Source: Myxococcota bacterium
Lineage (GTDB): Bacteria > Myxococcota_A > UBA796 > SXON01
Direction of reading: 5' to 3'
NCBI GenBank assembly: GCA_964202365.1
Contig: CAXNIN010000001.1
Coordinates: 1 to 52,848, forward strand
DNA: 52,848 nt
Each line of letters opens with the position of its first letter. Positions within the stretch are counted from its first letter, which is position 1. A program made the position numbers and the translations under genes. This document shows, one piece after another, positions 8,901-17,091 of this stretch. The notes below the pieces were generated by a model. That model saw only the letters and a list, made by a program, of their open reading frames with translations. It was not told the DNA's origin and made no database searches.

Positions 8901-11181
8901 CGGGGGTCGCGCCGGCCCAGCCCTTGAAGCTGGCGTCCCACTCGGCCGCCTTCTTCATCCGGATCTTGTCGATGTCTTTCTCGTTGTCGTCGTCGAACTT
9001 CTTGGACGGGGCGAACAACGTCTTGTCGTGGTTGATCCAGCCGAGGATGAGCAGCACCTCGGGGTGCATCTCCCCGGCGTTGTCCTTCTTCGACAGCTTG
9101 TCGTACTGCCAGCCCTTCGGGGCCAGAAGCCCGCCCTGACGGACGAATTCCACGTCGTCGTAGCCGGTGTAGGTGGCGTTCACCCACTGGGCCACGAGGT
9201 CGAGCGGGAGCCATCCCTGACGGGCGCTGACACCCTCGATGTCGTCGAAGATGGCCGGCTTGATCACGTCGAGCAGCCGCGCGACCTGGGCCTTCGCCTG
9301 GGCGTCGTCGGGACGCGCCATCGCCCGATCCATCTTCGGCCAGAGCGACCCGGAGAGGTACACGTCCGCCGGGACCAGCTCGGTGAACGTGTCGCCGTCG
9401 AGGCACCAGCCCGCAGCCAGCACCTTCGCGCGCACCTGGTAGGGCGCGAACGGCCCGCCGAGACCGGCGTGGTAGTCGAGCAGCTCACGGAGCGAGAGCA
9501 TCCGAGCGTGCCGGTAGAGGTGCTCGGCTTGGGCCACCACATCGTCGGCGCGGCCCGTGAACCGGGGTTCGATGGCGGGCGGCTTGCGACGGAGCCCGTC
9601 GATGAGGTGTCCCGCGCGGTCGAAGGCGGACAGGAACCGCTCGGCCCCCGTGTTGCCGGCGCGCGCGAGCTTCACCAGATCGATGATCGCGTGCGGGTTG
9701 CCGTTGGTCGTGTGCCACGCGGTCAGCCCCTCGAACAGCTCCGGCCAGAGCATCTGGGGCTCCTCGGCGTTCTCGGCGGCGACCAGCGCGAGGTACTTGT
9801 CCACCCGGAGCCCGAGCAGCACGGCCGACGCGAGCTCGCGGGGGAGGTCCGTGACTTCGGCCTCGGTGACGCGGGTGACCCCGACGCGACCGCTGCCCTG
9901 ACTCGCCGGATCGGCGGCCTGCCGAGCGGGGAAACCGATGACCTTGCAGTCGCCGCAGATCGGGCGCTCGACGAGCGCGGGCAGGCCCGTGAACTCGCCC
10001 TGCACCTGGTAGCCCCACCGGGGCTTCGCGGTCTGGTCGTCCTCGCCGTGGTCGTCGCCGACCTCGCGGCCGAGGATGTGCCGGGGGTACTCGCGGAAAT
10101 ACCCACCGGAGACGATGGCCTCGTCGGCGTTGTCGATGGCGTCGAGCTGGCCCCCGCGTGCGCGGAAGAACAGCAAGTCGGTGACGAGCATCGCGCCGGG
10201 GAAGATGGCCTCGCGTCGCTTCTCGTTGATGCTCGGGAGCCGGAACGCCGCCGCGAGGTGGTGCCGCTTGAGCACCTTCTCGCGCAGCGCCACGAACTGC
10301 GAGGTCCGAGACGTGAGGAAGCCGCCGGGGACGAGGAACACGCCGAGGCCGTCGGGAGCGAGCAGATCGAGGCCGCGACGGAGGAAGTAGTGGTAGGCCA
10401 TGCGCTCGCGATAGACCCGGTCGGGATCCTCCGCGATGGACGCGCCTCGGATGCCGTAGGGCGGATTCGAGACGACGAGGCCCAACCGACCCGCCGCTGC
10501 GGCGCCCTTCTCGCGCACCCAACGCTCGAACGGAGCGAGCATGAGGTCCACGTCCGGGCGGAGAACGTGCAGCATCCGGGCGGACAGCTCCGACCACTCG
10601 ACGGCGTGCCAGGTAATCCCAGGCACGGGCTCGAAGGCCCGGAGGAAGCGCCCGATGCCGGCCGAGGGTTCGAGCGCGTGGACCGTCGGCCCGTCGTGGG
10701 GGAGGCTTGGGACCAGCGGCGCCACGAGGCGGGCCACTTCCTTGGCGACCCTGCTCGGCGTATAGAATTCGTGAATGAGTCCGCGAGTTTCCGGCGGCGG
10801 GAACCCCGGCGGGAACTTGCCGGCGGCGTGTTCGATGGAAAGCCCGCCCCAGCCCGAGTAGCCCGCGAGAACCACACGCTCGTCGTTGTTCGGCGCGCGC
10901 TTCTGGGCGTACAGGTTCGCCGCCGTCGCCATCGCGGCGACGTTCGCCGCGGTGCGCTTCGAGGCCGTCCAGAACTCCGGGATGTCCTCGACGGGAAAGC
11001 GGGCGTTGTTCGCCGTCTCCATCTTGCGGAGCATCGGCCCGAGGTTCTGCTCGATCACGGCTTCGAGCGCGAACCGGTTCCTGTCGAGGAAGTCGTCGAG
11101 GTAGTCCACGTCCACGCCGCGCGGCAGGCGGGTGCGGACGATGGGTACGATGGCGTCGAGGAGCTGGGCGGCGGCGTTCAC
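5959..11181 (-). CDS. Giant fused N6-adenine DNA methyltransferase / SNF2-family helicase (DarB-like architecture)
   Basis: 1740 aa with a GTG start at 11181. SAM motif 'ALEPSAGIGRF' and catalytic 'VVSNPPYG'. SNF2/DEAD helicase motifs 'FDVGVGKTYT' (motif I), 'LIVDEAQNYKN' (motif II) and 'QQRNGRGVRQGN' (motif VI). The C-terminal ~450 aa carry no recognisable motif. Confidence 0.9.
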   Translation of the reverse strand: MNAAAQLLDAIVPIVRTRLPRGVDVDYLDDFLDRNRFALEAVIEQNLGPMLRKMETANNARFPVEDIPEFWTASKRTAANVAAMATAANLYAQKRAPNNDERVVLAGYSGWGGLSIEHAAGKFPPGFPPPETRGLIHEFYTPSRVAKEVARLVAPLVPSLPHDGPTVHALEPSAGIGRFLRAFEPVPGITWHAVEWSELSARMLHVLRPDVDLMLAPFERWVREKGAAAAGRLGLVVSNPPYGIRGASIAEDPDRVYRERMAYHYFLRRGLDLLAPDGLGVFLVPGGFLTSRTSQFVALREKVLKRHHLAAAFRLPSINEKRREAIFPGAMLVTDLLFFRARGGQLDAIDNADEAIVSGGYFREYPRHILGREVGDDHGEDDQTAKPRWGYQVQGEFTGLPALVERPICGDCKVIGFPARQAADPASQGSGRVGVTRVTEAEVTDLPRELASAVLLGLRVDKYLALVAAENAEEPQMLWPELFEGLTAWHTTNGNPHAIIDLVKLARAGNTGAERFLSAFDRAGHLIDGLRRKPPAIEPRFTGRADDVVAQAEHLYRHARMLSLRELLDYHAGLGGPFAPYQVRAKVLAAGWCLDGDTFTELVPADVYLSGSLWPKMDRAMARPDDAQAKAQVARLLDVIKPAIFDDIEGVSARQGWLPLDLVAQWVNATYTGYDDVEFVRQGGLLAPKGWQYDKLSKKDNAGEMHPEVLLILGWINHDKTLFAPSKKFDDDNEKDIDKIRMKKAAEWDASFKGWAGATPERRLAIEHAYNRQFRGYIAPSYTAEPLAVARWTRGRGHRPASALRPGERPVRLDPHQVAGARRILANRGGLLAFDVGVGKTYTGLAVLARARQEGWCKRPVVLVPNSIVWKWYDDFATALPDYRVAVIGSKKKTITRGDRKGLATSDTDTPQERAEKWTRFQAGEYDAVLLSYTALGRTRMNEKAVRAYADKTEAIQREVALRRRNAAKRKKLSERDEAILREGIAAWVAQQMELAEGWEYDPGIAWDDIGVDMLIVDEAQNYKNLYLPEDREGGVPRFMGNPGDGSKRAWQLDFRCAAVRKKTGGTGVVLLSATPAKNSPLEFYNLIQYVDPEAWRRMGIRDPEQFIDRYLRIEIKPVVTPTMEVEERGAVVGFQNLHELRDTILRYGEFKTAEDVGLKLPEPKVEMVEVDMDAAQDAKYDRYVREIEAALKSDDPSDKAKILGLLARMALVAVHAQLDQGYSWKNADQVNDPSSPKFDALAERVLANRTCGHIVFVDNVAAHRWVKMTLVNAGIAADRIGVLNAEVAPNAADRQRIAKEFNGEPESETKPKFDVVIANAVAYEGIDLQTRTCAIHHLDLPWEPATLQQRNGRGVRQGNTLAAISIYYYFSRRSQDGLRFNLIQGKRGWMTQLLKSQDRDTNNPGAQMDMGPEEILLLISRNPEQTRARLEAERAQREAEAKKKIGAEASKLLRAINARFRNAERTRDGTEAARLRGEAEERLKHLTRVNVEAWPWAASAVVVRDRPVLVAEGGGPVYEGLRVGVPSAWNTSRIDYIEFGKVTKDGQIALRSAGEAGWKLAKADDGKFASLKPENYGATFPADEEPSTVRAVTQAANDRLRYSGDWPGLGWQHATDGWVERTWPQVADTVIGALAKVSYYNQQGQKIPVVSPAGLRVANAGAASGTAGVDVLPPTEAGWQAFLAQAPDSGLKFGELAEAGRWWWGRSIPRNLLSGEADEEDIEPLAGVPPFGGSAAVAK

Positions 11182-11579
11182 GGCATCCCTCCGCTCGGGG
11201 CGTCAGTCGGCAGGCCGGGCGTCAACACCTTCACGGCCTCCGCCGCCTTCACGGGATCGACGCCAAGCTCCATCGCGAGGATCGCGATGACGAACATGTT
11301 GAGGAGCCAGAGCAGGAGCATCACCCAGGGCACCCACCGGAACGGCGGGTTGTTGCGGACCTCGCGGATCTCGGTCTTCAGCTCACCGAGCGCGGAGACG
11401 ACGGCCGCGCCGTTGCCCCTGATCTCGGCCACCAGCGCAGCTTCCAGCGGAGTGAGGAACCCCTCGGCGAGCTGCGGGTCGGGGACGAGGCGCGGGCCGA
11501 CGGCCGGCGCGGACGCGGGCGGGATCTGGCCCGCCGGGGTGGACGGCTCGATGAGGGTTGCGATCTCGGGGGCGCTCAC
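11178..11579 (-). CDS. Small single-pass membrane protein (hypothetical)
   Basis: GTG start at 11579 overlaps the TGA of the upstream gene (GTGA). Its own TGA overlaps the GTG of the giant gene (11178-11181). TM helix 'WVPWVMLLLWLLNMFVIAILAM'. Confidence 0.5.
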   Translation of the reverse strand: MSAPEIATLIEPSTPAGQIPPASAPAVGPRLVPDPQLAEGFLTPLEAALVAEIRGNGAAVVSALGELKTEIREVRNNPPFRWVPWVMLLLWLLNMFVIAILAMELGVDPVKAAEAVKVLTPGLPTDAPSGGMP

Positions 11580-13078
11580 GACGCACCCCCCATCTGCGAC
11601 GCCGCCTGCTTGATGGCGTCGGCGAAGGCGTTGACCAACGCCTGGTCCTTCGCGGGATCGACCTCGGCGGCCTTGGCCCTCCGCGTGCGCGGGGCCTTCG
11701 TCGTCGGCACGGCCATCGGCGGCGCGGCGGGCGGCCACACCGGCTGCATCGACACCGTGGGCGCCGGGGTCTCGCGGCGGGAGATCCCGGCGGCGATGTC
11801 ATCCGGCGAACGCGGCGCAGGATTCAGCTTCTGCTGGCCTCCGGCGCACGACTTCGCCGCCCTCGCCGCGGCGAGCGACACCCGCTCCGCGATGCGCCGG
11901 AGCGTCGTCACGATGTCGGGCTTCTCGCCCCGCACGATGGCGTCGCGCGCCTGCGTGTAGGCGTCCGCAGCCCGTCGCAGATCTTCCCACGCCATCTTCC
12001 GCTCCTTGCCGGAGCAAAGGGGCGACTTCACAAGCGCCTCGGTGTGCCGCAAGAGCTTCCCGGCCCGGTTGAGCAGGTCAGGGGCCTCGGTCGAGCCCCA
12101 GAGCGACTGCGACAGCTCCTGGAGCGCCGCAGCCTCCTTGTCCATCGCGGACGCGATGTTGGCGACGCTCAGCGGGCACGAGGGCGACTCCGGCAGCGGG
12201 ATGGCCGAAAGCGGTGGCGCAACGGTGACTCCCGGCATGCTCCGGAGGCCGAACCCATCCGCGATGTCCTGGGAGACGGTCGCGGCTGGAGCCTTCCCCC
12301 GCGTCAGCGCGCTCGCGTGCTTCGTGGCCTTTCCCTTCTCGCGCGCCCCGAACTTCGCGACGGTCGCGCCCACGTCGTTGACGACGGCCCAGCCGTCCGC
12401 CAGCTCGACGGCCCGGAAGCTCGACTTCGGCTGGTAGCGGTCGGTGGGATCCTTGCCCTGCTTCGGCGGACTGTAGGGGTGCTGCGCGGCGTAGTCGGCA
12501 TCCACCGTGTTGCGACGGTGCGTGTCGCGGAAGCTGCACGCCTCGCTCACGAGCCCGACGACGAGGCCCATCCCGGCAGTGATCGCCTCGGCCAGCCCGC
12601 TGCGCTCGACGCTCTCCTGCTTCGCCTGCGTGAACCACTTGCCGGCGCGGTCGAACGTCGCCATCCAGCGCCCGTCGGGCTTCGACGAGAGGCGAAGGGT
12701 GCCGTAGGCGGCGACCTTTCGTTCCAGCTTGACGGACGGGTTTCCGTCGGTGCAGAACAGCGTGCCCGCCCACTTTCCCCGCAGGGTCGCGGGACCGGCG
12801 GGGGGCGGATTGCTGCGGAGGCGCTTCACCTCGTTCACGGCTTCGGCGGGCGCGGCGTCCAACTCGGGCGGGTGCGACGGCGCGAGCCCGAGGTCGGTGC
12901 GCCACACCTTCGCGGGCTGCTTCTTGACCTGGTGGACGAGCAGCGCGGTGTTGTCGCGCGGGCGCATGACGAAGGCGACCTCGCCACCGCAACCGCGGCC
13001 CCACCCGAGGAGCAGGCGGGGAACGTCCTCGTCGGCACCAGTGATCGTGAGGCGGAACTTCTCGGCGTTGGTGGTCAT
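11576..13078 (-). CDS. Hypothetical protein (500 aa)
   Basis: Long ORF with balanced composition (Lys, Asp, Thr, Trp present), co-directional with its neighbours and separated by 3 nt from the upstream stop. No motif recognised. Confidence 0.65.
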   Translation of the reverse strand: MTTNAEKFRLTITGADEDVPRLLLGWGRGCGGEVAFVMRPRDNTALLVHQVKKQPAKVWRTDLGLAPSHPPELDAAPAEAVNEVKRLRSNPPPAGPATLRGKWAGTLFCTDGNPSVKLERKVAAYGTLRLSSKPDGRWMATFDRAGKWFTQAKQESVERSGLAEAITAGMGLVVGLVSEACSFRDTHRRNTVDADYAAQHPYSPPKQGKDPTDRYQPKSSFRAVELADGWAVVNDVGATVAKFGAREKGKATKHASALTRGKAPAATVSQDIADGFGLRSMPGVTVAPPLSAIPLPESPSCPLSVANIASAMDKEAAALQELSQSLWGSTEAPDLLNRAGKLLRHTEALVKSPLCSGKERKMAWEDLRRAADAYTQARDAIVRGEKPDIVTTLRRIAERVSLAAARAAKSCAGGQQKLNPAPRSPDDIAAGISRRETPAPTVSMQPVWPPAAPPMAVPTTKAPRTRRAKAAEVDPAKDQALVNAFADAIKQAASQMGGAS

Positions 13079-13081
13079 GGC

Positions 13082-13738
13082 TCAACCCTTTCCCAGCTTG
13101 GGAACGATGAAGATGGCGGCGGCGGCGAGGCCAGCGGCAGCAAGGAACCAGCCGAAGCCTCCCCCGGAGTCGGGCTTGGTGGGATCGGGCGGGGCCGAGC
13201 TGGGCGCCGTCTCGTTGAGCTTCGCGAGCGCGTCGGCGAGCGCCGGATTCTGCTCGATGATCGCCACCTCGTCGGAGAGGATGGTGGCCTCCTTGTAGTG
13301 GACGACGGCCCACGCGATCCCGGTGACCGAAACGGCGATGACCGCCCCGGCGACAGCGATGGCGATAATCACGACCGGGGCGACCCCGATGGCGATGGCT
13401 CCGCCCTTCTCGGCTTCGGTGGCGGGACGTTCGTAGGCCGTGTAGCCCCGCGCGTGCGCCGTCCACGCGGTGAGCAGCTCGACCGTGCGGCGTTCCATCG
13501 CGATGAGGGTCGGGTCGGTCGGGTTCTTCGACCGCGCCTGGATCACCTTCACCCGGGTCTGGATGATCCGGCTGCCGGTCTTGGCGACCAGCTCGCGGTA
13601 CGCGGCGACGACACGCGCGAGCGGCTCCGCGCTCTTCGCGAGAGACGCCTGCACGCTGCCCAGCGCGCCCTCGGCCGAGATCCGCATCGCCTGGATGCGC
13701 TCGACCACGGCCTCGGTGCTGATCGGCAGGGTGCTCAT
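13082..13738 (-). CDS. Hypothetical membrane protein (two predicted TM segments)
   Basis: Start taken at ATG 13738, one nt after the upstream stop; an alternative GTG is at 13753. Hydrophobic segments 'AIAIGVAPVVIIAIAVAGAVIAVSVTGIAWAVV' and 'FGWFLAAAGLAAAAIFIV'. Confidence 0.6.
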   Translation of the reverse strand: MSTLPISTEAVVERIQAMRISAEGALGSVQASLAKSAEPLARVVAAYRELVAKTGSRIIQTRVKVIQARSKNPTDPTLIAMERRTVELLTAWTAHARGYTAYERPATEAEKGGAIAIGVAPVVIIAIAVAGAVIAVSVTGIAWAVVHYKEATILSDEVAIIEQNPALADALAKLNETAPSSAPPDPTKPDSGGGFGWFLAAAGLAAAAIFIVPKLGKG

Positions 13739-13739
13739 G

Positions 13740-14558
13740 TCAGCGCCGCTCACGGCAGGGCTCGCAGCCGATGCCGGCGGCGGCCGGCGCGGGCGCGGGT
13801 TGGGCGGCAGGGGCCGGGGCCGGCTGGGCTGCGGGCGCGGGCTTCGGCGCGAGCGCCTTCTGCACCGTGTTCTTCACCAGCGGGAACAGGAGCAGCGGGA
13901 GGATGCCGACGTTGTCGCCCGCGATCTTCTTCCCCGCGGCGTCCGACACGATCTGGACGATGAACAGCCCCGGCTTGACGGTCGTGATCATCGCGCTCTG
14001 GCCCGTGCGGGTCTGGATGCGCGCGTTCTCGCCGAGGTGGTCGAACGGACGCCAGGCACCGCGCACGAGCTTCGCAGCCGCGTCGAGAAAGTTGACCTTC
14101 GGGCGCTTCTTCGCCTTTGGTTCCACGCCGACGTAGCCGTCCAGCCAGTTGCCCTCCATCGCCTCGGGTTCGGGCTCCTCGGGGGAGTCCAGCTCGGGAT
14201 CGTCGTCGCTCTCGCCGGGCTCCGGCTCGGGGATGTCCTCGAGAGCGGCGTCCATCTCGTCCTCGCCGGGCTTCAGCGGCCGGCGCGGCTTCTTCGGCTT
14301 CCACCCAAGCATCTTCAGGTCGCTCATGACCACGCGGAGGTTCACCTTCGCCTGGCGCACCGCGCCCTTCCAGCCGAGCGGCTTGCGGATCGTCAGGTGC
14401 GCGATGCGCTTCTTCAGCACGCGCGCCTTCCGCAGCTTGCGACGGATCTCGCGCTGCTTCGGGGTGAGCTTGCGCTTGGGGCCGGCGACATCGACACGAC
14501 CGAGGCGTTCGCCCGAGAAATCGACGATGGCGGCGGGGACAAATCGAGAGGGGGTCAT
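13740..14558 (-). CDS. Hypothetical protein with a basic N-terminus, an acidic middle and a PAPAAQ-repeat tail
   Basis: 272 aa. 'KRKLTPKQREIRRKLRKARVLKKR', then 'EPEPGESDDDPELDSPEEPEPE', then the C-terminal 'PAPAAQPAPAPAAQPAPAPAA' repeat. ATGA overlap with the upstream gene (14555-14558). Confidence 0.6.
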   Translation of the reverse strand: MTPSRFVPAAIVDFSGERLGRVDVAGPKRKLTPKQREIRRKLRKARVLKKRIAHLTIRKPLGWKGAVRQAKVNLRVVMSDLKMLGWKPKKPRRPLKPGEDEMDAALEDIPEPEPGESDDDPELDSPEEPEPEAMEGNWLDGYVGVEPKAKKRPKVNFLDAAAKLVRGAWRPFDHLGENARIQTRTGQSAMITTVKPGLFIVQIVSDAAGKKIAGDNVGILPLLLFPLVKNTVQKALAPKPAPAAQPAPAPAAQPAPAPAAAGIGCEPCRERR

Positions 14559-15127
14559 GCGTGCTCCCGGCGCCGAGGGCGGCGCGGATGGCGGTGAGAA
14601 GCGGCGAAGTCACGTTCGCGGTGGACGCCACCGAGGCGGACGCGGGCGACGATGCGGGCGTGGCACTCGCGGCCCGTCAGGCGCTCGGGGAGCATCCCCA
14701 GCCGCGCGCTGGGGTCGTCGAACCAGACGGTCTCGCCGACGACATAGCGGACGACGCAGTGGTAGAGCCCGTGGCTCCCCGGTCGAACCTGCGTCGTGAG
14801 CGCGACCTCGCTGGGGATCGTGGTGAGGCGCGCGGCCCTGGCCTGCGCGTAGCCGGGATCGTCGGGAGCGAGCGCGGTCCAGCCGCGCGCCATCAGCTCG
14901 CCTGCGCGAGCGGCGGCCAGCGCGTCACAATCCTCGTCGCCCTGGGCCAACAGTTGGATGTAGTCGGACCAGGTCTCCTCTTCCTCGCGCTCGTAGCGGA
15001 CACGCGAGGCGTACAGCAGCGGCAGCTTGGGCTGGTCCCGGATGAGCCGCGCGTTGCAGCGCGCCAGCCAGTTGAGCAGGCTGACGGCATCGCGTTCGTT
15101 GAAGGTGAGGGCGACCTTGATGTCCAC
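14555..15127 (-). CDS. Hypothetical protein with a possible transglutaminase-like Cys-His-Asp fold
   Basis: GTG start at 15127 preceded by GGAG; the upstream part of track ORF 14555..15433 is Arg/Pro-rich. 'GDEDCDALAAARAGELMARGW' ... 'GLYHCVVRYVVGETVWFDDPS' matches the spacing of a Cys...His...Asp triad in transglutaminase-like cysteine proteases. Confidence 0.45.
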   Translation of the reverse strand: MDIKVALTFNERDAVSLLNWLARCNARLIRDQPKLPLLYASRVRYEREEEETWSDYIQLLAQGDEDCDALAAARAGELMARGWTALAPDDPGYAQARAARLTTIPSEVALTTQVRPGSHGLYHCVVRYVVGETVWFDDPSARLGMLPERLTGRECHARIVARVRLGGVHRERDFAASHRHPRRPRRREHA

Positions 15128-15140
15128 GAGGGCGCTCCGA

Positions 15141-15557
15141 TCAGGACGAGGAGAGGGTGAAAGGGCCGGTCGAAACAATCTCGACGGTCGCGACGGCGCC
15201 GAAGTTGGTGCCGCCGGCCAGGACGAGCTTGGCGCGGACCCACGGGAGCAACCCCACCGTGGTGCTGTCGAGTGCCTCGACGTAGGTGCCCGCCTCGGTG
15301 CGGGCGGTCCCGAGGACGAGGTCCACCCAGCCCATGCCGTCCACGGAGCCCTGGATGATGATCTGTCCGGTCGGCGAAGTGACGCCGCCGGTGAGCACCA
15401 GCGTCGTGATGAACTTGAACTCCTGCACGGCATCGGACTGGCGATCCGACTGCTCCGGCAGGATGCGTTGGCCGCCGCCGTTGGTCGTGACCGTGACGGG
15501 CGTCTGCGGCGGCGTGTTCATCAGGCGGGTCGTGACCCGGTTTGCGTAGCACTTCAT
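15141..15557 (-). CDS. Hypothetical beta-rich protein (possibly structural)
   Basis: 138 aa, Thr/Val/Gly-rich with alternating hydrophobic pattern. RBS-like GAGGG upstream of the ATG. Confidence 0.6.
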   Translation of the reverse strand: MKCYANRVTTRLMNTPPQTPVTVTTNGGGQRILPEQSDRQSDAVQEFKFITTLVLTGGVTSPTGQIIIQGSVDGMGWVDLVLGTARTEAGTYVEALDSTTVGLLPWVRAKLVLAGGTNFGAVATVEIVSTGPFTLSSS

Positions 15558-15575
15558 GGGACGGCCCTCGGAGAG

Positions 15576-16208
15576 TCAAAGGTGGAGGAGGAAAACCACG
15601 CGGTAGCTGAAGTTCCCAGCGGGCAGCACGCACCGGATGGTGGCGGCATCCCCGATGGGTGCCCCGGGCGCGGCCTGCTGGTCGGCGCGGTACCGGCCGC
15701 GCGTGGTCGCGTTCACGTCGAGCAGCTCGACGAACGCGGTGGAGAGGAGGTTGTTGTCGGACAGTTCCAGGCGAACGAACTTGGCCCAGGGCGGCGGCAC
15801 GACATCGACGTTGGTGGGGCTCGCCACCTGGCTGATCGCGCCGCGCACGGTCCACTGGTTCTCGGTGTCGCACTGGCCGTCGGCGATGGCGGCGCGGGCC
15901 TGGATGTTCGCCGAGGTGGACAGGTTGGAACCGAACAGTTGGACCATCGTGGCGTGGACGCAGATGCGCGTACACTTGGGCACGTCGAACAGGGCCGTGC
16001 GCTGCGCGCCGCCGCCACCGGACCACGCCAGCCGAGCTTCCCAGGGGGTCTGCTCGTCCGACCAGAGGTCGATGATGCGCCAGTCGCCGTCGCCGCTGCC
16101 CTCGGAATGGGCCGTGAGTACCTCGCCTTCCGCCCCCGCCGAGCCGGCCACCGTCGAAGCGGTCAGCTTCGCGGTGCCAGAACGACGGGAGAGCTTGCAG
16201 GCACCCAC
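15576..16208 (-). CDS. Hypothetical beta-rich protein
   Basis: 210 aa with a GTG start at 16208, 16 nt after the upstream stop. Balanced composition, no motif recognised. Confidence 0.55.
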   Translation of the reverse strand: MGACKLSRRSGTAKLTASTVAGSAGAEGEVLTAHSEGSGDGDWRIIDLWSDEQTPWEARLAWSGGGGAQRTALFDVPKCTRICVHATMVQLFGSNLSTSANIQARAAIADGQCDTENQWTVRGAISQVASPTNVDVVPPPWAKFVRLELSDNNLLSTAFVELLDVNATTRGRYRADQQAAPGAPIGDAATIRCVLPAGNFSYRVVFLLHL

Positions 16209-16224
16209 GGCTCACCCCCGCCGA

Positions 16225-17022
16225 TCAGCAGCGAGCTTGCTTGACCCGCGCGCGGCCGTAGAAGCTGAGCTTCAGCGACGCGGTGGTCGAGCCAGCCGTG
16301 TAGTTGATCGTGACGGGAACGCCGGCCTTCAGCACGCGGCCACCGAACGACGGACCGTGGTAGGCGGTCGGCGAGATCAGCGCGGCGTCGAGGCTGTCCA
16401 GCACCACGGGGTCGTCGCCCGAGATGATGGTCGTGATCGTCGCGGCGGTGTCCCCCGTGGCGAAGATCTTCGCCAGGTGCAGGCTCGTGCGCGGCGTGAG
16501 CGTCATCGTCATCGCCTGGCCGATGGTGGTCGCGATGGTGCCGATGACGGTGACGTTGCGCTGCACGATCTTCCCCTTGCGAGACTTGCGGATCTTCTTG
16601 TTGACGGCCCGGTTCTTGCGGAGGAGCTTCTTCTCGCGGGCCTTGAGGCGCGCCTGGCGGCGGCGGAGACGCTGGATGCGGCGCTCCTTCGGCGTGAGGC
16701 CAACCTCGTCGCCGAGGTCGTCCCCGAGGTCGTCGCCCAGGTCGTCGCCCAGGTCGTCGCCGAGGTCGTCGCCCAGGTCATCCCCGAGGTCGTCGCCGAG
16801 GTCATCGCCCAGGTCGTCGCCGAGGTCATCGCCCAGGTCGTCGCCGAAGTCGTCGTCGTCGAGGTCGTCGTCGTCGTCGTCCCCGTCGAAGTCCCCGCCG
16901 AAGCTCGGCCGGAACCGCTCGCGGTGACCGTCGAGGAGCGACTGCACCCACGGCGGGAGGGAGGAGCGGTCAACGGCGACGGCGCCGTTGCGGATGGTGA
17001 TGCGGGCCCAGATCTGTGCCAT
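16225..17022 (-). CDS. Charge-block protein: (GDDL)11 acidic repeat, a Lys/Arg-rich helix and a beta-rich C-terminal domain
   Basis: 265 aa. GAGGA RBS upstream of ATG 17022. 'DDDDDDLDDDDF(GDDL)x11 GDEVGL' is followed by 'KERRIQRLRRRQARLKAREKKLLRKNRAVNKKIRKSRKGK', then a Thr/Ile/Gly-rich domain. Confidence 0.7.
   Translation of the reverse strand: MAQIWARITIRNGAVAVDRSSLPPWVQSLLDGHRERFRPSFGGDFDGDDDDDDLDDDDFGDDLGDDLGDDLGDDLGDDLGDDLGDDLGDDLGDDLGDDLGDDLGDEVGLTPKERRIQRLRRRQARLKAREKKLLRKNRAVNKKIRKSRKGKIVQRNVTVIGTIATTIGQAMTMTLTPRTSLHLAKIFATGDTAATITTIISGDDPVVLDSLDAALISPTAYHGPSFGGRVLKAGVPVTINYTAGSTTASLKLSFYGRARVKQARC
16705..16848. repeat. 12-nt tandem repeat, 12 units (gtcgtcgccSag family), in-frame coding repeat
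   Basis: Units can be read directly at 16705, 16717, 16729 ... 16837. A poly-Asp-coding gtc run continues to ~16895. Confidence 0.95.
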
Positions 17023-17091
17023 GTGCGTAGTCCTCGAAGTGAGACGGGTGAGCGGAGAGAAGCGTTGGTTGGAGGGGGAGAAGGGTTGCGA

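Noticed and set aside
6340-11613. 1757-aa ORF on the plus strand, antisense to the giant methyltransferase-helicase gene
   Set aside because: Its composition is dominated by Arg, Gly, Pro, Ala, Val and Leu, and I see no motif in it. The opposite strand carries clear NPPY and SNF2 motifs. This is a typical stop-codon-poor antisense frame in high-GC DNA.
13771-13860. GC-rich quasi-repeat (gccggggccggctgggc...) near 13.8 kb, considered as a non-coding repeat
   Set aside because: It is in-frame coding sequence for the PAPAAQ-repeat tail of the 13740..14558 protein. It is not an independent element.
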